DNA of 64,000 nucleotides from Macrostomum lignano (lineage: Eukaryota): NCBI GenBank assembly GCA_002269645.1, contig NIVC01000987.1, positions 46,406 to 110,405 on the forward strand. Direction: 5' to 3'. Shown here one piece after another: positions 13,206-24,800 of this stretch. The first letter of the stretch is position 1; each line of letters opens with the position of its first letter. The notes beneath the pieces were generated by a model, which had not been told where the DNA came from, ran no database searches, and saw only the letters and a program-made list of their open reading frames with translations. The position numbers and the translations under genes were made by a program.

Positions 13206-14179
13206 CCCGTCTCCCTATCGCCGCCTTCCCTTACTTGCATTTCTCTTTCTTCTTCTCTTCTTTCTCTCTCCACTCATCGCCCACACCGGCCCCCGGCAGA
13301 AGCCCCACTGCAGGCAAAGTGTTGACATAAATATGCAAAAAATCGATGAAGGAGGCTGAGGCAAAGACTTCCCTCCCGAAAAAAACGATTGCAAACTTAA
13401 GCGGCTGAAGTTTTTGTGCCGCACAGGCAGACATGCAAATCTCGTCTCAAGGCTGCTGTCGATTTGAAGCCCACATGAGATGGACTAATAAATAAATAGG
13501 GCCTCATCGATTTCCTGGAAAAAATTTGTTCATAAATCTGTTGAGAATTGTTTTGCTTTGATGTTTTTGCGTGTTATTGAGGTGCTTCTATCGGTAGATA
13601 TTGAAGTAGATGTACAGTTCTATTATTAAAAGTACATTTGTCTGTAGATATTGAAGTAGATGTACAGTTCTATTATTAAAAGTACATTTGTCTGTAGATA
13701 TTGAAGTTGATATATAATTACCATATAGCTAGTATGTTTATCATAAACAATAGTTCGTATTAGGCCTTTCAGATTTATACTAATTATACAAGAGACAAAC
13801 AGTTGTATAGACCATATTGTAATTTATGGTCCGTTAGATGCCCACTCTAATCATCATAGGCAATGTTACAGTGTAAAAATAACCATATCATAATGAATAA
13901 TGAGGTATAGAAAATACATTTGAATAATCCTTCAGTCAGCATTAGCAACAAAAAATATCGTTCACATGAACAACAGAAAGAGGCAGTCTAGCTGTAAATC
14001 TCATGGTTCGCATCGGATGTAAAGGGAATTAGTCTTGTCCTAAGCCATACATACAGGGCGTCAAGGACAAAACAGAAATTATTTACGACGGCAAAGGAAG
14101 TCACTGACTAAGGGATAAACTTTTCAATGAATTTTTCTGCATCGCTAGAATCGCAAGAACTCTAAAACCCTTGCACTTT

Positions 14180-14625
14180 TCGTCTAGTCACTCTGTCTTG
14201 TAGTCACTCTGTCTTCTAGTCACTCTATCTTCTAGTCAGTCTGTCTCTTGTCACTCTATCTTCTAGTCACTCTATCTTGTAGTCACTCTGTCTTCTAGTC
14301 AGTCTGTCTCTTGTCACTCTATCTTCTAGTCACTCTGTCTTGTAGTCACTCTGTCTTGTAGTCACTCTGTCTTCTAGTCACTCTGTCTTCTAGTCACTCT
14401 GTCTTCTAGTCACTCTGAATTCTTGTCACTCTGTCTTCTAGTCATTCTGTTTTCTAGTCACTCTGTCTTCTAGTCACTCTATCTTCTAGTCAGTCTGTCT
14501 CTTGTCACTCTATCTTCTAGTCAGTCTGTCTCTTGTCACTCTATCTTCTAGTCACTCTGTCTTGTAGTCACTGTCTTCTAGTCACTCTGTCTTCTAGTCA
14601 CTCTGTCTTCTTGTCACTCTTTCTT
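14180..14625 (-). repeat. 16-bp satellite, inverted orientation, array D
   Basis: CTAGTCACTCTGTCTT units. Confidence 0.93.
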
Positions 14626-15294
14626 CTAATCAATCAGTCATTTAGTCACCAACCCCCATGGGCCAACCTCCAAGGCAGAGAGTGTAAAAGTGCGATTAGA
14701 AAGTCAGGAGGCTGCTGTACACCCTGCGTGAGCGTGTGTATGAGTGCTGTGCCTGCGTACAGTATTGGCGCGCTTGCATGGCTCAGGAGTCTGCGGAATG
14801 GCAGAATTGCCGTCAGCCCTGGTTGCGGGAGGATGTCGCCGACGCGGTTGCGCCAGGGCGCCCCAAAGCCCTCCGGCAAATATTTTTTTCTGGAATAGTG
14901 TTTGTCAAGGTTTCAAGTGTTTGACTAGAGCCTGTGGATGCAGAGTGAGAGAGTGAGAGAGAGAGTGAGGGGGGATGTAGTCATCCCTTGTCTTCAAACA
15001 CGCAAGGTGTGCTCATGCGGCTCACCTCCGTGAGGACTGTTCTGTCTCGTGTAGTTCTGCAGCAGCCGATCGATAATGTTTTTCCTGCAATGAGAATCGG
15101 CGGCAGGAATTGGTTTTTGTTTTTTTGGTATCGCCTTTTTTGAATGCTTGTGGAGCGTCGGTGTTTTTTAGCCCTAATCTATGTATTATTAAGCAGAGAT
15201 GCTAATTTAGAATGCATTGCACGCCATCAAGACTGCACATTGTAGCATCAACTGTTTCCTTCTTTAAAGGAATAGAGAAGATTCTTGGAGACTC

Positions 15295-15660
15295 TAATCT
15301 TCAAAGATGGCATCGAGCCTTCGAGGATGGCATCCATGCTGAAAAATATGGCATCTAGCCTTCAAAGATGGCATCCAAGCTTAAAAAATGGCATCGAGCC
15401 TTCAAAGATGGCATCCAAGCTTAAAAAATGGCATCTAGCCTTCAAAGATGGCATCCAAGCTTAAAAAATGGCATCGAGCCTTCAAAGATGGCATCCAAGC
15501 TTCAAAGATGGCATCCAAGCTTAAAAAATGGCATCGAGACTTCAAAGATAGCATCAAATCTTCAAAAATGGCATCCAATCTTCAAAGATGGTATCCAACC
15601 TTCAAAGATGGCATCCAACATTCAAAGATGGCATCCAATCTTCAAAAATGACATTCTAAC
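15295..15660. repeat. TTCAAAGATGGCATCCAAGC minisatellite
   Basis: Direct inspection. Confidence 0.9.
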
Positions 15661-16004
15661 TTCGAAAACTATTTCATGGACTAAAAATGCACATGAAAGC
15701 TTGTAAACAGCTGCTACCATCTCATATTTAAAATGGCATCTACTTAATATTTAAGATAGACTGTCACTTATACATGAAAATAATACAACAGACAAAGCAA
15801 ATCATGACTCACGCTTTGAGTCGCTGTTCAGAATCGGTGTCTGCGTCAGGTTCATCGCCAACCACCATAACGGACTGGCTGCCAGCAATGTGAATGTGCT
15901 GGTCCGAAGATGGGCTTAAATTATGAGTAGATAATACATAGATGTAAATTTTTATAGTACGACCTATTGGTTTAGCCGACAGTTGACCCACAAGCCAGAA
16001 AGCA

Positions 16005-16360
16005 AGGCGGCTCTTGGTGGGCGCCCCTGTCTCTTGGTGGGCGCCCCTGTCTCTTGGTGGGCGCCCCTGTCTCTTGGTGGGCGCCCCTGTCTCTTGGTGG
16101 GCGGCCCTGTCTCTTGGTGGGCGCCACTGTCTCTTGGGTGGCGCCCCTGTCTCTTGGTGGGCGCCCCTGTCTCTTGGTGGGCGCCTCTGTCTCTACTTAT
16201 CTCCTACTGGCGCTTCTGTCTCTTAGTTGGCGCCCCAGTCTCTTGGGTGGCGCCCCTGTCTTTTGGTAGGCGCCCCTGTTTCTTGGTAGGCGCCCCTGTC
16301 TCTTAGTTGGCGCCCCTGTCTCTTGGGTGGCGCCCCTGTAGCTTGGTAGGCGCCCCTTTC
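16005..16360. repeat. About 20-bp GGTGGGCGCCCCTGTCTCTT minisatellite
   Basis: Direct inspection. Confidence 0.92.
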
Positions 16361-17192
16361 TCCTGGGCCGGTGGACGCCACATCCACGAGGTGGCGAAAT
16401 TTGAGCTCCTGTCATTCACGAAGCTTGATTATCTCTCTTTGATAAAACTATTAGTCGAAGTAATCGGACTTACTTAGTATCTGCAACCGACCAGACAGTG
16501 TTGCACGCCAATATTACAACAAGGATGAAGACTTTACGGGTGATTTTTAAAGATGGCATGGCTGCTCAATGTTGATGCACCGATAATTAGCTAACGGAGC
16601 TGCCAATAAGCTGATCCTTCATCTGTAGGGCTGAGACTACCTTTAGTGTTGCCGAAATGATAGAATGAATGCTCAATGTCAGTGCTTCAATTTCTACTCG
16701 CAGATATAACTTTAAAAAGACCTTTTTAAAAAGTCTTTCAGAGACGAGCCAATCGGAGACGGGTTTTGACTCAAAGCGACATGAATTTCTGCACCCAACC
16801 TCCCGCCGCGTACAAAATCGAATGTACACCCAGCCCTAATTGCAAATTTGACCAGAATCTAATAGATTTTCTGGCCTAGTGCATTACATACTACTCATTT
16901 TACATTGGGGTCAGAGTAGTACTGTAGTAGCATGAACACTTGACTATAACTGTAGTGAACAACCCAAGTTTTTTACAGAAATTCGTAGGTCTGTGGGGTT
17001 CGCACAGATACGTGCGGTGAGGATACACTGCGATTCATTCTAAAAACGACTAAATGTTTATGTATTACAAGTGATTAGGTCGAAGAGTTATCTGGACTGA
17101 CCATGGAATTTCCGTGGAGTAAGACCCGTGCAATGTACATTATATTCGATTCTGGACTGAGTTAGTCTTCCGGTTGACCCACCCTCACACGT

Positions 17193-17550
17193 ATTTTTTT
17201 TTATTAGAGGCAGGGGGGTTGTGTGCACCCTGGCGCACTTTAAGCGACATAGGCACACAACCGGCGAGAGGCATTACTGCCCATTCCACCGACTCCCCTG
17301 AGCAGGCATACAAGCGCGCGGATACGTACGCAGGCACACACTCACACAGGAGTGTACAGCGGCCCTAACTTTATTTTATCGTTAGGCATGTACACTTCAC
17401 TGCGCCTTGGGGGGTTTGGCTCTCAAGGCCGTTAATTGCACGAGCAGAGCCAAGCCGAGATTCCAATTCAGCCCAAAATTAATGTGACTGCACTTGGAAT
17501 CGAGCCTAAGTCGCTGGCACACCAGACAGCTGCGCTACCGTGGGCCACGG
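17193..17550 (-). mobile_element. tRNA-derived SINE, near full-length copy
   Basis: Reverse complement of the 18959 copy; poly-T at 17193-17202; head overlaps the NHL pseudogene junction at GGCCACGG. Confidence 0.85.
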
Positions 17551-18725
17551 TGGAGGCTGCAGGCGACATGGCGGAGCTGCTTCGCCTGGTCCAGTCCATG
17601 CACGAATCGCTTGGAGACTTGGAGGCCGACTTTGAGAGGTCAGAGCGCCTGCTCAGAGACCAGAGCGACAATGAGGAGCTGCAGCTGCGGCTTCTGGGCC
17701 AGCTCGAGCGGTTGGTCGGCATTTGTGCGGGACGCAGTGAAGAGGGCGACTGGTCGAGAGACGCTGCGGTGACCGCAACATCCGAGGAGATAGACAGAGA
17801 TATAGCCGCTGAGAGAGAGAGAATGTTGGGGCCGATGGTTTTCAGTCATGAGGTGAAGCTGGATGGCCCTGTTAATTGGCTGGCTGTGTGCAGCGACACC
17901 AGCGGATTCGTTGGTGACCGCTCAGGCCGTGTGGTCCCCGCCGACTCAGTGAGAGAACGCAGAAAAGCACTGCATCATCCCTGCATCTTTGCATCATTCT
18001 ATCCGAACAGAGACCACCTACTGGTGCTGTCTGTGGACGGCTCAAAGAAGTTGCGGTGCCAATGCGACATCGACTGGAAGAAGCACATATGGAGCCTTCA
18101 CTGCGACCGTCAGCTGCTGTTCATTGCTCAGCATGACGCAGTGACAGTGACGGATCTGAGCGGTCGCGCGGTGCGTCGTGTCTTCCACCACATTGAGGGC
18201 TTTTGTGACATCAGGGGAATCGGCAGCAACGTACTTTCCCTGTTTGTGTCCAGTGGAAACAAAATTGCTGCACTCAGCAAAGCGACTTGGTAGATGGAGA
18301 CGGTCATCACGCTGTCTCAGCTTCCTGATGCTCGATTGGGCAACTTGGCGACTCACGACAACTGCATTCTGGTGACAGAATTGACGCATAGTCATGTACA
18401 CAGAGTGAGCATCGACACCCAACAGCTGGTCGCCTCCTTCCCGACTCAGCGTTCCGGCCTCCACCAGTTTGCTGGTACAGTGGATGTGGCCGTCGACAGA
18501 AGAGGCCGCCTCTTCGTGAGTGATTGGTCGCGTCATTCAGTGCGAGCGGTGGCTGCAAACGACGGGTCGTTGCTGTGGACTCTGGGGACTCCGGGCGAGA
18601 GCGACAGAGGTGACGGAGGATTCACGTATCCATTGGGTCTGGCGATGGTGACGGGAGGTCCGCGTGAGCAGCTGGTGGTGGCTGACAGTTACAACAGGAG
18701 ACTACAGGTGTTCAGTGCATCCTGA
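17543..18725 (+). pseudogene. 5'-truncated pseudogene of the coiled-coil/NHL (TRIM-like) family
   Basis: Nearly identical to 41130-42785 from ATAEAAGDMAELL onward. CAG>TAG nonsense change at 18291-18293 (paralogs read TGG CAG ATG). The N-terminal ~160 codons are absent and a SINE abuts the break; there is no ATG start. Confidence 0.88.
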
Positions 18726-18958
18726 TTTCATTCTCAGGCCGAATAATAATCGAACTGTGGGGTTTCTGGGAGTGGTTGATTTAATTCAATTGTAGGCTGA
18801 ATCTTTCTTTTGGCTCTTTTTCCTATTTTAGATTTCTTCAGATTCAATGGCTGTGCTTGTCCAATAAAGATCGATATTTCTATGGTCAATATATTTAGAA
18901 TTTGTCATTTATTGAAATGAAGTACATTATAACCTTCAGCTGCATAAGTCGTAGCTAC

Positions 18959-19316
18959 GGGGCCGTAGCCCAGCGGTCTAGCGCAGCGCTCCGAAGTGCC
19001 AGCGGCCCAGGCTCGATTCCAAGTGCAGTCACATTAATTTGGGGCTGAATTGGAATCTCGGCTTGGCTCTGCTCGTGCAATTAACGGCCTTAAAGGCCAA
19101 CCCCAAGGCGCAGTGAAGTGTACATGCCTAACGATATAAATAAAGTTAGGGCCGCTGTACACTCCTGTGCGTATGACTGCATACGTATCCGCGCGCTTGT
19201 GTGCCTGCTCAGGGGAGTCGGCGGAATGGGCTGCAATGCCTCTCGCCGGTTGTGTCACAATGTCGCTTAAAGTGCGCCTGGGTGCACACAGCCCCTATCT
19301 CTAATAATCATAAAAA
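18959..19316 (+). mobile_element. tRNA-derived SINE, full-length copy
   Basis: tRNA-like head GGGGCCGTAGCCCAGCGG (A box) ... GGCTCGATTCC (B box), unique body, A-rich tail. Degenerate flanking direct repeat TCGTAGCTA/TCGTTGCTA. Three other copies in the window. Confidence 0.82.
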
Positions 19317-19479
19317 TTCGTTGCTAAACTTATTACAGCTTTGTCTAAGAACATCAGTTTTCCTGGAAAGTTGCAACCTTCTCGATTAAGTGTTCATGCA
19401 AAACTTTATTACTGTACATCAAAACCCTCTCAAGCATATACTTTGACTTCCGGTTGGGCTAACCTTAAAGTTCTGAGAA

Positions 19480-19795
19480 TCTGGGATCGGGATCTGAGAT
19501 GTGTATCTGGAATGGGGATCTGAGATGTGTATCTGGAATGGGGATCTGAGATGTGTATCTGGAATGGGGATCTGAGATGTGTATCTGGAATGGGGATCTG
19601 GGATGGGATCTGAAATGGGGATTCGGAATGGGGATTTGGGATGGGGATCTGGAATGGGGATCTGGGATGGGGATCTGGGATGGGGATCTGGGATGGGGAT
19701 CTGGGATGGGGATCTGGGATGGGATCTGAAATGGGGATTCGGAATGGGGATTTGAGATGGGGATCTAGGATGAGGATCTGGGAAGGGGATCTTGA
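19480..19795. repeat. GGATCTGGGATG-type minisatellite
   Basis: Direct inspection. Confidence 0.9.
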
Positions 19796-20637
19796 ATGAG
19801 GATTTAGAATTTCTTTACATAATTGTGCAGTTTTAATTGTGCTTCGGTTTTCCTGAACAAATACTAACAAAAGGAGAACCTCGCGTCAAAGGACTTTCCA
19901 CCGGTGGTTCAGTTGTCTCTTGCGATTAGTTCGTCAAGCAATCAGTTAGCTAAGTTTAAGAGTTCTCAGGACAGCCCATGTAATTTCCATGAAAGTGAAC
20001 CTGTACTATGCACATTGCATATAAGACTTTTTTGTGAGCTATCTTCTTTTCACGCGCATTTAACATGGGATTAAGTGAGTTTGAAGTATAGCAAAGCATC
20101 TGAAAGTTGGTTACTAAAATATCTGGAAATGAATAACGGAATAAGCGACGATTCAGTTTACTGTAGGTTCTCAGCATGTATAATTTTTTTAGCTAATGAC
20201 AAAAATCTTCGCGAATGAATACAGATCTGCTGTACAGTGGACAGATATTGAAATTAATACAACATTTTCATAACAATTTCCGTCTTTCCGATTGTCAATA
20301 GACGTCGCTAGCTAATATGTCAGTCTTTTATACTACACTAATATATAAACGCTGTTATACGTCTGCAAAACGTCGGTTAAATATAAAAGTACCCATTTCC
20401 CAGCGACGCTGTATCGGCTTCAGATAGCTTAGGCTTGAGGGTCTCCAATTATAACGGTCTTGCTATATGCATCTAGCTAGTATCAACAACTGAAAACACG
20501 CTGAGTACGTAATCGAATGCAGTTGCAAAACGGTATCAGCTCGTGAATTTTGCTGAGAACTTTGAACTGCAGCAGTAAACGTTACAACAGTTAATTTACT
20601 TTACTTTAATTTTCAGAGACATATCCTTCACAATCGC

Positions 20638-21576
20638 TCAGTTGAACAGCCGGTTGATGACGTCGGCGGTCAGGTAGAAGTTGTACACGGCCAGCATCTT
20701 CACGGTGCCGTTTATTTTGAAGTTCGAGCCAGTCAGGTCGCGCCAGCTGATCTTCATGCAGAAGTTGTCTATTTTGGCAAATTTGACGTTGTAGAGAGAC
20801 ACTTGGTTGCCGGGAATAAAAGAACCGTCAACGAACAGACAGGTCCTGTTCATGATCATTAGCAGCTCCTGGTTAATGGATAACAAGTTCCGGTGTCCGG
20901 TTTGAATGTAGAGCTTGCGAGTCACCTTGGGTAGGTCCCATTCCCAGAATTGAAGCTGCAGTCGGTGAGCTCAATGAAAGCACTTATCTACGGCTGCCTC
21001 TTCAGCTCCATCAGAAACGTGAAGCTGTTTTCTTAAATTCAAACCCGGCGGTGTCGTCCACCCACATCCTGGATGTCAGGCCGTCCATCTTGGCGCCCTC
21101 GTCAGTCCAAGTCACTCCGGTGTGCTGGACGGCGTTCTTCTGTCCGCCATCGCTGCACACGAGGTTCTCGAGTTGCTCGCCTCTGCCTCCGAGCCACACG
21201 GCGGCAAAGTGCCGATTGGCGGTGAGCACGTCAAGCTCTGAGTCCACAACGAGCTTGAACGAATTGGCCTCGTCTGACGGACCATCAGCGGGGCTGCTCA
21301 GGTTGAACAGGTGGTAGACTCGGCTGAAGAGAAACAGCGAACAGGTGGCAGTTCGCGAGCTGAACTGGGCCACCGATTGGCTGAAAGCTTCTGCAGACGA
21401 CTCAGAAAGATGCACTGCAGAATGGAGACGGCCGGCTTAGGGAGGGTCCACTCGGACAAAGACTTGTTGAGGCAGGTGCTCTGGAGGACCGGGTAGCGAT
21501 CTCCGGAAATTGAGGCTTCAGAGGTGCAGAGCAGAACGGACGCAAGAGACACCAGTAGAATCTGGTGAAGAGCCAT
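20638..21576 (-). pseudogene. Decayed gene for a secreted protein with PAN/apple-like and LamG/pentraxin-like segments
   Basis: Signal-peptide-like MALHQILLVSLASVLLCTSEA, Cys pattern SILQC...CRSFQ/TCSLF, and LamG-like HTGVTW and GTVKMLAVYNFYLTADVINRLFN. The coding-like segments fall in different frames with stops near 21400 and 20950-21010. Domain names come from motif resemblance only. Confidence 0.45.
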
Positions 21577-21894
21577 TTAATTGTATTGTCTTTTGTTGAA
21601 GTTTATAATTTGCTGAGTTGATTTGTAAGTATCCAATGATTTTCTGCTGATTTATTTGCAAGAGGAGGAGAATTCATCCAGACACTTGCTCACAATTTAT
21701 ATTTTTTGCTATAGTGCATTTTTCAATGCTTTAATGGGAAGAGAAATGAAAATGAAGACTGTTTTATTGGTCTTGGAATTTCATGGCTTGGCCTCTCAGC
21801 TCATGGACGTTTAAATACTTGTATCCTCATGTGGACAATGCAGCTGCTTAGGGCTAACCTTCAGTGTCCTAGATAGTCCTAAGTGCTTACTGAC

Positions 21895-24800
21895 CACACA
21901 TGTCTTGAAGCCCTTTAAAGGTGAAAATAAAGTCAGCCTGAAATGACAATAATTTACACACTCATCTGGACCTTAGCACAACATATGTGCAATTTCAAAA
22001 AAATCTCCCGAGCTATCTCTGATTTACAGCACTTTATTACCATATGACCTAATTACTATTGGTTTTCAATATGCGTGATGCAAAAAATGAGTTTCTACAA
22101 GAGTTTGTGAAATTTGAAAAAATGATCCTAAAACAAGTCAGAAACTTTTCATTATAATTCATAGGTATGCCATCACCTTACAAAGTCCAAAGTATAAAGT
22201 ATAAATTGAAACATCAATGAATAATTGTGACTAAATGTAACAAAAAACAGCATAAACACTCGTACAGTACAGAGAATGCTACATAAAAGTGGACAAAGAA
22301 GCATTGCGCAAAATTGTGCGTGAGTGATGCAAGGCATGGAGAGAATATTATCCCAGATATTTTTCTATCGCTTGCTTTTGAGTTGTAGCTATTATTCCCT
22401 CCTCATACGTAGCTACCATCTCATTGGCTGTGAGCCTGTAAATTTGCTGCACAGCTCTCGTATTCATGCCATTTTGGCCCTTGGAACCATAGGCATATCC
22501 TTCTATTAAATACTGCTGAGTTTTCAAAGGAAGCTATTCCCTTTCCATGATGATAGGTAAGAACAAGGACTTCTGCGATATAAGTTTACCATAGAAAGAA
22601 TTAAATTAAGGTTTCCACCAGCTACCTAATGTATTCCTATCATTAATTCAATAATAAATAAAAGAAAAAATAACTTTAGGGTCCTATCGGGATAAGAGAA
22701 TAGCTAGCGATCCTCTAGTCTCTTTTAGATTTCATTTTCTAGTCAACTAACTATCTCTATGCATGCATTGCAAAGCTAGAATGGAATTTTGAAATGCGGA
22801 CATTGTATTTCGGTGGGTTGAATGGGTAAGATAACACGCTTTTTGAAAGATTCCAATTATTTACTTCCTGTTTATGTTCTGTTTAATTTCGCTTTCCAGT
22901 CTACAGGGTCTGACTAAGAACTATTTGTTCATCCCAATAAAGAGAAATGTATAATCCTAATTCGCAGTCTTGATTGATTTAGCTAGTTCACATTTTGTTT
23001 AGGCATGACGAGAGCAGTATGCAACAACACACTTGCGCAGTCGATCTGGATACGATGGATGATGAAAATCAATCCGAAAGTCTTGCCACATGCTGCTGAA
23101 ATCGTGGTGTGCAGTCTCAACCACCTGCTCAGACCAGAAACCAAGTCCCTTCTTGGGTTCTCCAGCTAGATTGGACATGTTCAAAAACTGGACAACGTGG
23201 TCAATAACAGCGTGGACTTTCGGGGTGACGCGGATTCCAAGATCGATATAGGCTTGTTCGAATGCCCGGACTCGATTCTCAAAGTCTCCACACACACTCA
23301 TACCAAAGCACGAAGCCTTCACATCGCGGAAGCAGCGTAGGGCATGAGCTACAGGCATTGCCGAAAACACATTGTGCTGAGCCAGCATTGCAATCAAAAT
23401 GTCGACGCCATTTAGAAGACACTCGCAGGCGTTTCCGGCAAAGTTCCCACCGTTCTGCAATGGTCGTCGAAGGCCAAGCTGCTGTAGCCAGTCATCGGTG
23501 CTTATCTGACAGTCTTCGAGTCCTCGCAGTTGAGTTTCCAGTTCTTCGAATAGTCGATTGGTCACGCCAAGCAAGAGATGCAGCCCCATTGGTGGAATGG
23601 CCTGGAGCACCATCGTGCTGTCTGGAACTTCGAGCAGAGGAGGACGCACACAGTTTTTGAAAGCAGCAGCAGACACGTTGCGCGGCGCTTTTTCTTCTAC
23701 AGTGCGCTGGTACTCAAATGCCTGTAGCCGAATACCGCCGATCGATCTCAACACGTTCGTGCGGTCTGGATTAGAAAAATCGATCCTGGCAGTCTCACAC
23801 CAAGGGCAGGGATGGGTGCTGCTGCAGCACTGAAGTCCCAGGATCGCATTCGAAATTTTCATATCAACTGCTGCACAGAATGAAAATCCTTGCAAATTAA
23901 GAAGATTCAGGATCTGCTGCAGATTATCGTAGGACTCGGAAACAGATTCGGCAATGGCAAGCAGGAGCAGTTTACGGACTCCTCCATCCTCAAAATGGAA
24001 ACGGCATGCGCCTTCTGCGTACGTGCTGCGACTTCCGGTAGGTTGATCTTTTAAACCTTGAGCAGACACAATGCTAACACAAAACTTCAAGAAGCCGCCT
24101 CCACTGTCGATGCCAACTTTAATCAATGCGCCGTCATCTGCACTGACCTGACGACGTGCCATCACTCTGTCAATCAGAGCCAGAGGATCAGTGCAGAATA
24201 CAATGCTGCGCATTTCCCTTTTTCCTTTGGCACAGTCCATCTCTAGGTTAGTCAACTCAAACAAATCATCTAGAGCAGAGTCGATGGCGCTCAGTTTGCT
24301 GCGCAAATTTGGCTCAATGCTCTTGCGTCCTTTCCATGCTCGAAAAAATTGGGCGGCCAACTTAGTTTGCCGACCGCTCAAACACAGCGTCTGCTGGAAT
24401 CGGCTGAATTCCTCTGCTGGTACGGCGCAGCCACCTCTCATTGATGTAGAACTACCAGCCCGTTGCCCAACACACACTGTAAGATCACGACCTCTAGTTG
24501 CCAATTGAAATCTAGAGTTTGAGCCGGTGGAAGCAGCCTTAGCTTTGATCACGTCACTTGCGTGGATTTCGGCACCTCGACGGTCTAGCGACAACTTACT
24601 GAATAGATTTTCTCGTCGCTGTGTTTGCGTGCAGTAGTGAGGCAAACCTCTGCCAACCATTGAGTGGCAGCGCTGGCAGATGACAACAGGTTGTGCCGGT
24701 GGCAGACCATGATCTGGATCCGAACACGCGGGTCGTCCAAGCGAATGTGGCTCTGGTTTCCATTTTCCCAGTCCTTTCCCAATCGGGTTGAACCGGGCAG

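Noticed and set aside
11300-16830. Candidate 5' exons of the Cys-loop gene (near 12560-12700, 13500-13600, 15810-15900, 16590-16830)
   Set aside because: None gave a convincing in-phase signal peptide plus YD..RP motif; left unannotated.
18291-18293. Programmed stop-codon readthrough joining ORFs 17436 and 18294
   Set aside because: Paralogs have CAG here, the context TAG-A is not a typical readthrough signal, and the copy is also 5'-truncated.
21895-22998. RAG2-like partner gene in the 1.1-kb 3' part of the transposon (ProtoRAG-style)
   Set aside because: AT-rich with only a 61-codon GTG-start ORF; no kelch- or PHD-like sequence is visible.
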